A stretch of 64,000 bases of DNA, taken from positions 2,452,797 to 2,516,796 of the forward strand of contig CM121342.1 in NCBI GenBank assembly GCA_051530055.1, given 5' to 3'. The notes below the pieces were generated by a model, which saw only the letters and a program-made list of their open reading frames with translations, ran no database searches and had not been told where the DNA came from. The first letter of the stretch is position 1. The number at the start of each line of letters is the position of its first letter. Both the position numbers and the translations under genes were made by a program. The DNA comes from Neoechinorhynchus agilis. Lineage: Eukaryota; Animalia; Acanthocephala. Shown here piece after piece: positions 11,401 to 23,049 of the stretch.

Positions 11401-14400
11401 CTTCGACGCTAACCGGAAATAAACCACTTGACAAACAATGCCCATTTTCATTTGTTCTATACAAATTGCACAAAATTTTTCTAAAGACGCTAAACTTAAA
11501 TATCAAACTAAAAATTTACTTCTAGAAAATGTACTTGCATCAATTGAAAATATACGATTCGATGATCTCAAAGATTTTCACTACTAAGAATGGGAATGTC
11601 TTATATTATAAACTTGAAATAGTAAAAGTTCGCAAAACATCACTTTAAGAGGTTAAGTCACATTAATGAAAAATTCATTAGCAAAATAAAAGTTCGATAT
11701 TCTCCGATAGTTTTACGTATTTTACTTCATGGCAAAGTTAGAAAATAAAAGAAATTCTATTTATTGTTGTTTCATGTAGAAAAAAATCAAAAGCCATTTA
11801 TGGAATCATTTAAAGTTCTATGCAACTTTAAATGAAGTGGTCCATGGCAAAAAACAATTAAACGACTTAAAAACTGACCATGGTGAGTGTTCATTCTCTG
11901 ACAATTAATTTCCAAAAAATGAGTTTTAGTACTAACTTGGTGTATAATGCGTAAAAAGTTAAATCCATTTCGAGGTTTGTTCTGTGCATAGAGCACAAAA
12001 AAGAACTAAAATATTTAAAGAATACGAGGAGAAAAAGATAGATGCATTTGGAAAGTTTTTGATTCTCAGCGAACTTGTCAGGTTTTGCTTTATCAGCTTT
12101 ATTTTTTATGTTAACAATAAAAGATTTAGTTTCATCGATTTGGTAAACCCATCAAAATGGAACGATAATGATAAAGTCGAGGCGTTTATTAGACTCTGTC
12201 TTGAGTATCGCGTTCTAGATCAATGCTTTTCTTGTCTTCTATCTGAAACAGATCTTCTAAGGCTCGTGTGAAATTTAAAAATGAAATAGTCATTAACGAT
12301 TATATTAGGAGACTTTATAAGCACGATGCATTTCTTAGACAGGACAAGGAACGGGAATCGTTTTTACTTAATATGGAAGCATGTAGATTTTGTAATTACT
12401 CTTCGTTCACAAACTATTACAAAGAGTTGAGTAAGTTTGCTTAAATTTGAAAACTGTTCTCGCTCCAATTGTTTATAGATGTAAGATATCTGATAGTCAT
12501 GAAGTCGTCAAGTAAGACTTTGGGTCTTAATAATGCTAAACCAATTCTGAAACTGTATGGAAGCATTAATAAAAGCAATACAATGGTGTTTCCGAATGAT
12601 GTCATGTCATTTGAAATCGAGGTTAGCGTTTCTTTTCAGAGTAAAATTTAGCTTTTATTAACAAAAATTGAATATTAAACCAAACTGATATATTTTATTT
12701 CAATCAATCTTCATTTCTCGACTATTAACACACTCACCACCTCTCGCCGAATTCCAGCTTTTGTCCTTCCTCGACCGTCGCCATCACGCTGGCAGCATTG
12801 CCCCGTTGTACTGCTAGCGAGATATTTTGTCGAAGGAATACGCCTGCCCTTGGGTCTCCGGTTGCCTCTCAATTTCTTCGAGATATCCTGGAGCAGAGAG
12901 AGTGCCGAGCTGCCGAGCGATCCATACGTCTCTACCCCAAAGGGGACAAAATAATGGAATTTCAAGACTATTCAATTGTTTTTTCGAGTGGATGTCTATT
13001 CTCAATTGCGAATTATTACACGCTCGAACTTTATTATTGAAATCTTCATTGCGAAAGCATTGTTTGCAAGTTGTTGAAAAAACGAGGCTGAGGCCTTGGA
13101 AATTCGCAATGAAGATTTCAATAAAACTCGAATGTGTTACAATTCGCCATTGAGAATTTTAGGACTAAATGTATTTAACCAAATGGGATCTCGTTGACGA
13201 CCCGACATTAATTGCGATTCTATTATTTTTCTTTGAACGTTAATTATGTATTTTCACCCGTGATAAAAATTTGAAATCTCGATACGCATGTGAAGGCAGA
13301 ATTTGTGGAAGCGATAATGGCCATTTGTTGACACTGTAAAGATATTTTAAGCATACCTTCAAATTCATTCAAAAGCCCTTGTTAAGGTTATTAGTAGACC
13401 TAATTTTGAGCATTATACAAAAAAATCACTGTTCTTTTTACAATTTCTAACCGAAAAAAGAAAACGGATAATTGGTGGACTTTAAATACTCCATTCGGCC
13501 AACCATTTTACTGCAATGCGTTTTGATTTGCAAATTTCTTTCATTAAAGTTTTGGATTCCAAGAAAAGTTCAGACAAGCATCGTTGTAAAAATCTTTCAA
13601 TCGTTTATTTTTACAGAGACCAAACATCGGAGAAGTTATTCTTCTTTATATGGATCATGAACATAAAGGAAGAAATAACCGTTTTAACGTCGATAGTATC
13701 ACCGTGGAAAACCTTTTGACAAAAAGGACATACAAGTAGGTTAATGGTAACATTTAGATTTTTACACCATGAAATTTTTTAAGATTCCATTGTGGACATT
13801 TATACTCTTCTTCAAGTGATCATGATTTAAGTGGAAGATATGTTTCAGCTGTGCAAGTTGGCGAGGACGAGAAAAGTAAGCTTCGGTTGATTATTATTGT
13901 TTATTTCTATATATGGAAAAGGAAATCCAACCTTAACAGCGGATATTTTAGACAGCAATAATACGGGAATTTTCAAACGAGGTATAATTTCGTACAAAAA
14001 TACATTTTCACTTAGTTGGCAAAAATAGGGATAAATTTGACGCAAGTTCAAAATAATATCTGGCATATATTAGAAGAAACAATTCAATATTTATCATCTT
14101 ATGAACAAAGGGTATGAATGTATTTATACGTCTTATGTTCATTTAAAATATTTGCAGCCAGGAGCATTTCTTTATCTCATTCTCCAAGAAAATGGTGTAG
14201 CCAATAGAATTCATACAGTGCTTTCTAACAAAATAAGACAGTCCTTCGGTAAGAAGAAGAAAATATGGGATATTTTCGGTGAGTTAATTTTATAATCATA
14301 ATTTTTATTGTGTGTTTTTAAAAGGAGAATACGCAAATACTGCACAAAAAGCAAGGAAACAGGTTATAGGCGATCACAATTCACCTTATAGTTTACATGA

Positions 14401-14731
14401 AGTGATATTGGCAATCAATAAGCGATTTGAACTTTGCGACAACATAACTCGTTTTTATTTATGGCTCTGTATTGCCTGGAGGTTTGAATTTTTACATTGC
14501 ATAACTTGTAGCTAATGAGCGATATAAAGAACACGAAACCTTTCAAAATGGTTTATCATTCTTTTTCACTATTTCCGATCCTCAATGAGTTTTGAATCAA
14601 ACGCTTTTGTGTGTGATTCAGATTCTGCTACGATGTTCTGCAAAATGATGAGTAGATTGGAAGAACTTGCTTATTCGCCTAGCTTTCAAGATCTCGACGA
14701 GTTTTGTTCGTTTGCGAGACTTCAAGTTTGA
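8427..14731 (+). CDS. DENND5: DENN-RUN-PLAT-RUN protein (DENND5/Rab6IP1-like), multi-exon
   Basis: uDENN (FDEFIVCGLD, LCLP), DENN (IYPFSWPHTYVP, LLEAPFPFIMG), dDENN (FTTTQMFVSFVD), RUN (LQRIWSH, KSHLWNHL, AFIRLCLE, RLYKHDAFLR), PLAT and second RUN. Traced through GT-AG and two GC-AG introns to TGA 14729-14731, followed by AATAAA. Confidence 0.85.
12700..12957 (-). mobile_element. 3' fragment of CRE-type non-LTR retrotransposon inside a DENND5 intron
   Basis: YFVPFGVETYGSLGSSALSLL (RLE C-terminus); near-identical to 57541-57781. Confidence 0.85.
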
Positions 14732-14867
14732 ACATAAAAATAAATTGTAAGTTCTTTTTTAATTGATAAATTTATGCTCTAGAGAGTCTCAGGAATTTTT
14801 GGGATTCTTCAAATGCGAAAATGGCATCACTAAAACTTCCGATCCTCCATAAATTCAAAAAAAAGTC

Positions 14868-15560
14868 TTAGAATGTATACTTCTTACAGACAGCATAAAA
14901 CTCTTTTGAGCTTTTTCTGCAAGCCATCGGCTTTACCTGTTCAATGCGTGTTTTAAAATGCTTTTGAAGAAACTGTACAAAATCCTGTGATTCCGGCCCA
15001 TGGAACAACTTGAAAATCGTCGTGCCACTGTGGTGCCTTAAATACTTTCGATAATTATCAAAAACTGAAGCCTGAAGATCAACTAATCGACTCACATCAA
15101 CATCGGCATTTCCGGAGACATTTGGACAAGCATCAGAAACGATTAGATCAAAGAAATCAATGCACTCAGCTCGCACAATCTTCTCAATCGCTACTTGTGC
15201 ACCATGAGTGAGAATATTGCATTTTGGAATGCAGTGAGCACCATTTACCGGTTCAAAATCTATAACGTCAATCGATAAGACCAGTCCAATTTTGGAATTG
15301 CTTTCCGTTTTCGCCGAATTCGTCCAATTCACCATGAGTTGAGTCCATGATCCGGGAGCTGCACCCACCTCTAAAACTTTCATCCCAGCCCCAATCTTGA
15401 AAAACTTCTTCGCAGTCATTTCAATTAGTTTGTAGGCACTTCGGGCTCGATAATTGTCCTCCTGGGCTCGACGGACATATGGATCCTTAACGTGTTTTCC
15501 CCGCATCCATCCACTTGTGGATTTGTGCCGAATCAAAAGTTTGAGCTGCCTATAATACAT
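14868..15560 (-). CDS. MRM2: Mitochondrial rRNA 2'-O-methyltransferase (FtsJ/RrmJ family), single exon
   Basis: DPYVRRAQEDNYRARSAYKL, VLEVGAAPGSW, VSD..PN.SG, FKLF.G, KP.A.RK.SKE.Y; N-terminal transit-peptide-like leader. Confidence 0.9.
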   Translation of the reverse strand: MYYRQLKLLIRHKSTSGWMRGKHVKDPYVRRAQEDNYRARSAYKLIEMTAKKFFKIGAGMKVLEVGAAPGSWTQLMVNWTNSAKTESNSKIGLVLSIDVIDFEPVNGAHCIPKCNILTHGAQVAIEKIVRAECIDFFDLIVSDACPNVSGNADVDVSRLVDLQASVFDNYRKYLRHHSGTTIFKLFHGPESQDFVQFLQKHFKTRIEQVKPMACRKSSKEFYAVCKKYTF

Positions 15561-15974
15561 TTAATCGTCTCGTAATCAAAAGAGTTTCAACAAAATCGTG
15601 GACGCAAATTGAGGTTTCAATATATTCGAGAATACTCTCAAAAAATGAACATTTCGGATCCAGCTCATAAATCACTCTGGAAGAATCTTATCTATAGTAC
15701 AATGCTTTCCAATAGTCGGTTTGGTAGCTCTTTGAAGAAGGTACAAAAGTTACTCGAAAATTCGTCTTCTTCATGAAAATGGAGATATCGAATTTATGGT
15801 TTTCGCCAAAGCGAAATCAAGAAATTAATTCTATTCAGTGTTTCGTCCTCTACGTTTGACTTCAGAATTGTTAGTTTCTTTTAAATAGCAATTCTGAAGA
15901 ATAGAGGACCAAACATTAATAGAATTAATTTAGAATTTATGAGCATATCTCGAAAAATTCAATGGTCTATTAAA

Positions 15975-16655
15975 ATTCTAATTTAGGACATCCCTTCCTC
16001 GACTATTTTGTTTCCCTCTCGGCATGAAGCCACAAAGATCTCTGACATCAGAGAATTGATTGAATCACTTAATACCCTGAAACGTACGGTTATGACATTC
16101 TTATGAGTGGCTCAGTCGGTAGTCGTTTGATAGATATGTTTTTTTCCATTCACGGCCGAATGGACACTCGCAGTCCGCCGATTTCGGTCTGGGGAGCGCT
16201 GGTCTGCGCTCAATGTCCCAAGACCGTACGGTTATAAGTTTGCAGTGGACTAATGCTCCTGATCCCAGTTTGGTTGGTCAAAGGGTTCGAATTCGTTACC
16301 GCCGATGACACACAACCAAAGAGACGAAATACCTCGATGAAGGGAAGAGGAAACTCACTGATGAGTCCCGTATCCTCGGGGAAGTATCTGAGAATCCGGA
16401 GGGATTCCTACAAACTAAAACCCGTACGGTCTTGGGACATTGTGCGCAGACCAGCGCTACCCAGACCGAAATCGATGGATTGCGAGTGTCCATTCGGCTG
16501 TGTATGGAAAAAGACATATCTGTACGGTTATGAATTGGTAAATCTCTCCGGATCCTCAAAAATGATTCAATCAATTCTCTGATGTCAGAGATCTTTGTGG
16601 CTTCATGACAAGAACGAAACAAAAAAGTCGAGGAAGGGATGTCCTAAATTAGAAT
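15975..16655. mobile_element. Nested fold-back element with two pairs of inverted arms
   Basis: Outer arms 15975-16066/16564-16655 (~92 bp); inner arms 16133-16242/16411-16520 (~110 bp). Related pieces at ~372-425, ~5785-5835, ~21741-21815, ~30686-30850, ~40378-40500. Confidence 0.8.
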
Positions 16656-16914
16656 CAATATAACCGGCTTGCCACTAAAAACACTTAAGAGGTCTATTAA
16701 AAATTAATTGGAATTATTGTTTAGAAGTCTACACTCGCGGTAAATGATTATTCGGATTAAAGACGTTCAGCGAACCTCGTCGGGTTCATCATCAGTTTGT
16801 TAGTAATTTTTTCCTTGGCCAAATTCGGACTTATTTAATGAAGCGTGTATATGAGAAGCTTTACGTTGATTTTTTGTATCTACAAGACCGTTTGAAAAAC
16901 TCACGATTTTTTAG

Positions 16915-17637
16915 ATGTCAACAACGAACGATTCATCGAATATCCGTGACGCTTATGAAGTCCTAGAAGTTGACGAGACAGCCACGGATGCTCAGATCTG
17001 GAGGGCGTATAAACGTGTTGCTCGGAGATGCCACCCGGATAAGAATCCTACCCAGACAAAAGAAGCAACCGAACTGTTTCAAAAGTTGACGGACTGTGTG
17101 AAACAACTAACCGATCCCGAGAAACGGAACGCGCTTAACAAAAAGCGGAAATTGAATCGCGAACGTCAACTTGAAAAACAAAGCTTAAACGTACGTCGAT
17201 CTCGTTTGATTGATGAACTCAATAAAAGGGAGAAGGAATGTGAAAAGAAAACCGAGAAAGAGCAGTGGCCTAAGAGGAAGCGCTATCGGAAAAATGAATC
17301 GCCACCAAGAAACCCGGAAAAACCTAACCGTGGTAATGGCTTTGTGAGGCTTAGAACAAAGAACAAAGTGTGCGCGGATGAAGTTGAGGATATTTTTAGA
17401 CCGTATGGAAAGATTGTAAGGACGATGTCTACGCAGGACGAAGATTTTGTTGTAAAGTTCAAATACTTTGATGATGCACTTAAAGCTGTTCTGGCACAAA
17501 AAGGAAGGAAGGACGACTTTTATTGGAGTGTAAAATTGGTCGATGCAGAAATTGAACAAGAGTGCCGGATGGAATTCGCTGATGATTACGAAGTTTTTGA
17601 AGCGAGTGTACTTCAACGGATGGCGAATTTCGAATGA
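16915..17637 (+). CDS. DNAJC17: DnaJ protein with C-terminal RRM-like domain, single exon
   Basis: J-domain (DAYEVL, HPDKNP, ELFQKL, LTDPEKR), basic coiled coil ending LIDELNKREK, RRM-like region (FRPYGKI, FVVKF), C-terminal FEASVLQRM. Confidence 0.85.
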   Translation: MSTTNDSSNIRDAYEVLEVDETATDAQIWRAYKRVARRCHPDKNPTQTKEATELFQKLTDCVKQLTDPEKRNALNKKRKLNRERQLEKQSLNVRRSRLIDELNKREKECEKKTEKEQWPKRKRYRKNESPPRNPEKPNRGNGFVRLRTKNKVCADEVEDIFRPYGKIVRTMSTQDEDFVVKFKYFDDALKAVLAQKGRKDDFYWSVKLVDAEIEQECRMEFADDYEVFEASVLQRMANFE

Positions 17638-18462
17638 TGACGAATTTAAAATTGTCGAAGATGCTCTTTTTGTTATCGGAATTAAATGTATCTTTGTTCA
17701 CTGAAGGTTTGTTTTAGTTTAGACATATTTGAATATAACAATGACTCTTGTTATTTTTTTAGAAATCAAGGCACAAAAGAAATATTACATTTTGGCCCTA
17801 TTTTTGAACGAGTCGAAAAATAAAGGAATAAAATATGCGATTAAAGTGCCGTGGATCAATTTAGTTTTACTTTTAGCGAAGGGAGATTTGAGAACATTAC
17901 AAAGATGTCGCACTTTTGTAAAAAAATTAAAACCTGAGAGGAATAATTTAATTGCGAACGATTATTCTTTTTTTATAAAGGTTAATTATAAAGTGAAGAA
18001 AAACTTTAAGCCATAGTTTGTCTTTATTTTGTTTCTGATCCCAGACAATGCTTTGGGAAAAAGATATGCGAGAGTTAAAAGTGTTTTTGTCCATTAGAGG
18101 TTTGAACGAACATTGAGTTACGAAAATCGAAATGATCGCAAGTGGAATTGCAAAAGTTACAAAAAAGAAGGGCATGTATTCCTGAGTTAAAACGCACAAT
18201 GATTCAGGATTCGACTTTTCACTTTGATTTTAGTGCTGGATGCGATAAAAAGGTACGGAAAGCGCAACAAATTACAATGTATCGATCGGATATTGCTCAT
18301 TCATACGATATTTTACATTTTCGTGCCATTAAGATATATAAAAACAATTAAAATTGCTGGTTAAAAACAACTGATGCAAGTCATTTCAAACCATTAGATA
18401 CGCATATATTTAGTTGAGATTTCTACATAATTTTAGCTCTTTCTCTCGTTAACTATATTCAC

Positions 18463-19950
18463 TCATCTCCTCAATAGAGCCGGAAGTTCATAGTGATTGA
18501 GAGCAAATAGCATTGAATGCTAAAATGTAAAGCTAGTCTTATGCGAATAAAACAAAAACTCACCATGACAAACAACAATGTACATAAAAAGGCGAGTTCG
18601 CAAAAGAAACCGTTTGATTTTATTTGATTTACGTAAAATATGTATTGATAGAGGTAGAAGAAACTGATTGGTTGTGATAATTTTACTTTATCCAATTAGA
18701 ATAAAGAACTTACTTCATCCAGTATTTTTTGCTCATTTCAGTCCTGCAGCAGACCTGATAGAAATGATCAGCAATCCAAACGAGAATAACTATATAGAAT
18801 GCGGAACTGGAGTCCTTGAAGAATTCTGTAAGGATGGATTCAACGCCTTTATGAGGCATGTAAAGGATGAAAGAGAAACTTGATTGACTCACCAATCAAA
18901 GCCAATATTGCCGTTCCTATCGGTGTTATTGAAGCAGTTATAAGAGGAGTAAAATCGTTTGTGTAGGCAATCAGATCGACTATACAAAAACATCTTCCTG
19001 TGTTAGAATGAGCAAAGCGTCGTCATACCGATAAGAATGAATATTTGATAGTGAGTAAAGCGGATCAGTACAGAGATTGAGATGGTCTTAAGTAGCATAC
19101 AAAGTTAATAAAGAACAAAAGCGAACAAATTAAGAAGACTCACGAATATAACCATTATTATGTAGGACATTGGATACCAGAGACTTGGAATCTTGTCAGG
19201 CGCAAAGTGAAATATTTCGCCAGTCGTCCGGACCTTCACATAAGCTCGTCCATCCGAATCGCCGCCGTAGCGTTCATAACAAAACTGAAACGCAGCTAAC
19301 ATGTGATCTTTTTGACCGAGGAAATGATCTTGAAACATTCGATTAATTCGTCGCCCGAAACAACTGACATCATTTGGTGACTTTTCCACGATAAGAACCG
19401 GGATTTTTAGTTGATGTCGGAGATGGTCACTCAAGTGAAGTAAACCGTAATCGAGTGAAAATTCTACTTCGTATTGTTCAGGTTGAGCGAAACTAGTAGC
19501 GAATTGGTAGCATTTCCTAAAGAGACATCGTATTAATCTAACAGGCGAATCGAAGAATCTCCGTTGCCGTTTTAATCTGGTATTAACTGAGTGGCGTTCA
19601 GTTTGCATGAGGATCAGTGAAGTTGAAGCGGGTTGTTCCCAGTAAGGTTCCGATCGAGGAGGCCGGTCTTTTACAAGTACCATACGGATAATTGTATTTT
19701 CAAGTGGAGGTTGTGGAAGGCTTGTGTTTAGAAGACATTGACTCCCCGTGGTCTTAAGAGTTGATTGAGCATGCACAAGCAGAAATGCTGTAAATACAGC
19801 AGCTGCTAGCAAAGTGAACTCATGGAGACGACGAAGAGATGAAGGGAATAGACGGACGTATTGAATCGCAAGGCGGAAGTATAAAGCGTGGTAGACACGA
19901 TCCCGGACTTCTGGAGGTGGGATATTGTCTGTCGCTTCTCGATCATTCAT
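18463..19950 (-). CDS. TMEM259: Membralin, 6 exons, all GT-AG
   Basis: VRDRVYHALY, YEVEFSLDYGLLHLS, SISVLIRFTHYQIF, GVESILTEFFKD..SAFYIVILVWIAD, FFYLY, HSMLF..NHYELPALL. Confidence 0.9.
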
Positions 19951-20169
19951 ATCTTAAAAATCAGAAAACTTATATGGCGCCTTTCTTTAAATTATTAAAG
20001 GCCCCAGAAAGCATCAAAATGCATTTTTTTCGCATAAATAATATCCATTTCTCATTTGTGATTTTTAAAAACAAACCTAAAAGATTCCAATTACTGCTTT
20101 ATACTCATAAATTGAAACTTAAACGCAAGTGCCCAAAGATAACAGGAGGTTTGTGGTGTAGTCCCCAGG

Positions 20170-20460
20170 GGGAGCGGCAACTGCCGCGGAGGACCCTTTG
20201 GAGTGGAGACTCTTGGTGCGCTAGGTAGCTCGGCACTTGGATTTACGAATGAGTTATCGAATAGATTCCAGGCCAAAACAGGAAATGTAAGGGCTGGTGC
20301 CTTCCTGGGCCAAAACATTGTGTGGTCGCGATCCAAAGAGGAAACGCAGCGAGTGTGGTCGCGACCACTGAGGGGAGAGCGATGCCTCTTCTTCGTGGTG
20401 GACGGTGGTGATTGTTTAAACGTTTTGTTGTGTGTGTAACAAAAAGTGTAATAAAATAAA
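20170..20460 (+). mobile_element. Diverged 3' fragment of CRE-type retrotransposon
   Basis: PFGVETLGALGSSALGF..EL..R...TG..RAGAFL.QNI and AIQRGNAASV; ends in an A-rich tail. Confidence 0.75.
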
Positions 20461-21165
20461 CTGTTTCATTATTGGAAGGAAAAAAAGTGGCTTAAAAATC
20501 GAGTTTGTTTTGTTCTAAATGAAAATGCTTAGTTATGACGCGGATAATAATTTAATTATTGAAACCACGCTCTAATTGGGAGCGGCATGAAGAGCAATGC
20601 CATCTAAGCCATTGTAAAAACACTATTGGCGTGAATATTCCAGGAAGTGGGTTAAAACAAAGTATATTTTTAATAAAATAGTGTTTGTTTTATGACTGTG
20701 AAAATTGAAATAATTTATTAGATCCTATATTTCGGCACGTGTGTGTAAATGAAGGAGTTGCTTTTAAAAAATTGTGTAAAAAATCGGATTATGGACAATG
20801 TTTTTTTTCGCAAAATAGAAGTTTAAGAATTCGTGAATAATTTAGAACCTAAAATTTGCTCTCAAAGTGGAAGATATCGCTAGTTTGACCCTTAAAAAAC
20901 GATTCTTCCTTTAGACGATATCTTTAAAAAAGAGTTACAGCGAAATCTGAAGAAAGTATTTTTTGATTTTAAAAACACAAAGAATCTGACGGATATGCAT
21001 CCGATCGCTAAGATAAGTGACGATGTTTACTTTAACCGATTTCCAAATTACGAATATAACGATAAATGTCATATATCATTGTCCTTGGGGTAAATTTGAT
21101 TGTACGTTGGCGAATCCTGTCCCGGGTTTTATCGATACTCATTATTTAAAAACTTACAAGCAATA

Positions 21166-21205
21166 GCGACTGAAGAGGCAAGGAAAACCTTGTGAAATAT
21201 TTCGC
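21166..21205 (+). ncRNA. Minimal type I hammerhead ribozyme motif inside a hairpin (arms 21099-21137/21216-21254)
   Basis: gcga-CTGAAGA-g-gcaagg(aaaa)ccttgt-GAAA-TATT-tcgc: stems I and II complementary, self-complementary AATATT in place of stem III. Confidence 0.7.
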
Positions 21206-22639
21206 AATTAATAAATATCGATAACGCCGGGAACAGGGTTCGCCAACGTACAATAACGATAAATTATGCTCGCTTCGGCATCAAATGAGAATTTTTTTAA
21301 TTAAATGCCCGTTTAAGAGACCTGACATATCTTTTACGAAAAGGTGAAACTGTCAGGTCGTCAAAGGTCACAAACAAAAAAGAACGTCTGCTAGTGTTTT
21401 TGGAACTATTTTCATGGGCGTCCCGTGTCCGGATATTTCGATGAGAGCACCGTTCTTTTGTTTTTTCGGCGTGAGTAAGCGGCGTTTTTTCAGTACGAAC
21501 GTTTAAGGTGAGTCGACGTAGACACTTCCATGAGTGTTTGAATATTTTATAAAGTCACAGAAATCCATGTTTAGATCGTTTAGACAAATATTCGTTTTAA
21601 TCGCCAAGAGAAAATCCTTCGGGAGTTAGAGATGTGGTGATCATTCCAATTGAGATATTGACTAATGACGCAAGGCTTCTTGTTTCGAAATATTTCAATT
21701 TGTTATGATCACCACATCTCCATATTCGGTTTAATTTTCAATTTAGGACATCTCTTTCTCGTGGCTTTATGCCAGGAAGGAATGACCTCAATCTGAATCA
21801 ATAGAATCGGCTTGCCGTGCTTATTCGATATAATCTAAAAAGCCTAAAAACTCTCGCTTTAGCCATTTCGGTGATTTTGCCTTTTTCAATATTTAAATGC
21901 TGACATTAAGAATTTTTACTTAAAGTTATTAAATGAAACAGAATCGATCTTGGGAGGTCTAATTATTTAAAAAAAAAGATCAGATCTGTAACACACACAA
22001 ACCATTTACATTTACCACTAAAATGTGCAGCACTCCACACAGAGCACTAGACGAAATGTAAATTAAATCTTTTAAACTTCGAGATGTACTCTGAAGAGCT
22101 TAATGAAATGAGATACTTCTTTCGGGTTGTTTTCTTGCATTATAGGACATTGGATCGACAAGGGAATAAATTTTCCTGTCTTTTAATAATTTCTTTTTGA
22201 CTTACATATATTTTTTTTCATCTTAGGCGATCAGTCAAAATCTATATCGGTTTAATTCGAATGAAATACAAGACGTAAATGCAGCTTTGGTCGCATGACC
22301 AGGGTCAGACATTTATGCAAAGTGTTCTGATTGGCCCTAGAAATGTTTTTAATAGGTTGTAAGCGGCTGTGATTTGTTCGCAATGCTTTAAAGTGAAAAT
22401 TTGCGCTTTCTTAAATCAAAATTACCTTCTTTTTACTTTGTCGAAATTCTCTCCGTGATCCTTCACAGATTATCAGACCGCGACTGAAAAGATAAGGAAT
22501 TGATTCTTTTAGTTTTGTAAACTTCGAACCGTGAAATAGATTTTATTATCGTTTCACCGAATCTAAAAATCACTTAAACAAACAGCAAATACTATCTTTT
22601 TTGTCGCTTTCCCGGATTTAAATTCACTAATTTATTTCC

Positions 22640-23040
22640 CCGATATTTCACCTCTCCGATAATTCCGACATTTCCTCGCAAGGAACATTATAGCGTTATC
22701 CTGTGGACTCTGGTTATTATCGGGCAACATAAGAGCACCACTGCCTTTTCATTGGCAATTTTAAACTGATATTTTCTGACTTTATTGCATTCCATCGGTT
22801 GAACTGAAGAGCCTATTTCGATGGCTGCACGGCACAGTCGACAATGTGCCTTCATTACATCTTCTCTTTCCTTTGAGCGGATCGTATCTCTGTTACGGTC
22901 GTCTCTAGATCCTCTTCTTGGTTTAACGGTTGGCAAATGTGGCTTCGGGTGCGATCGCTTCCTGTTCACTTGATTCCGGTTCTATTTTCAAGTCCAACTT
23001 CGGATCTTGAAATCTTCAATTGCATCATCTGAGTCTCTCG
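22640..23040 (-). mobile_element. Penelope-like element 3' remnant
   Basis: Sequence 22700-22830 is similar to the GIY-YIG end and 3' region of the Penelope copy at 31620-31780. Confidence 0.55.
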
Positions 23041-23049
23041 AGTGTCGGA

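Noticed and set aside
16321-16385. Type II hammerhead from GAGAC-GAAA...CTGATGA-GTCCC
   Set aside because: No room for stem I and no valid UH cleavage triplet; CTGA sits in a local CTCA/TGAG hairpin.
17948-18300. Small DPM2-like membrane protein (AIPLA motif)
   Set aside because: Only a five-residue match and no convincing exon chain.
22085-22120. Additional hammerhead at CTGAAGAgcttaatGAAATG
   Set aside because: No stem II and no valid stem III/UH; at best a decayed relic.
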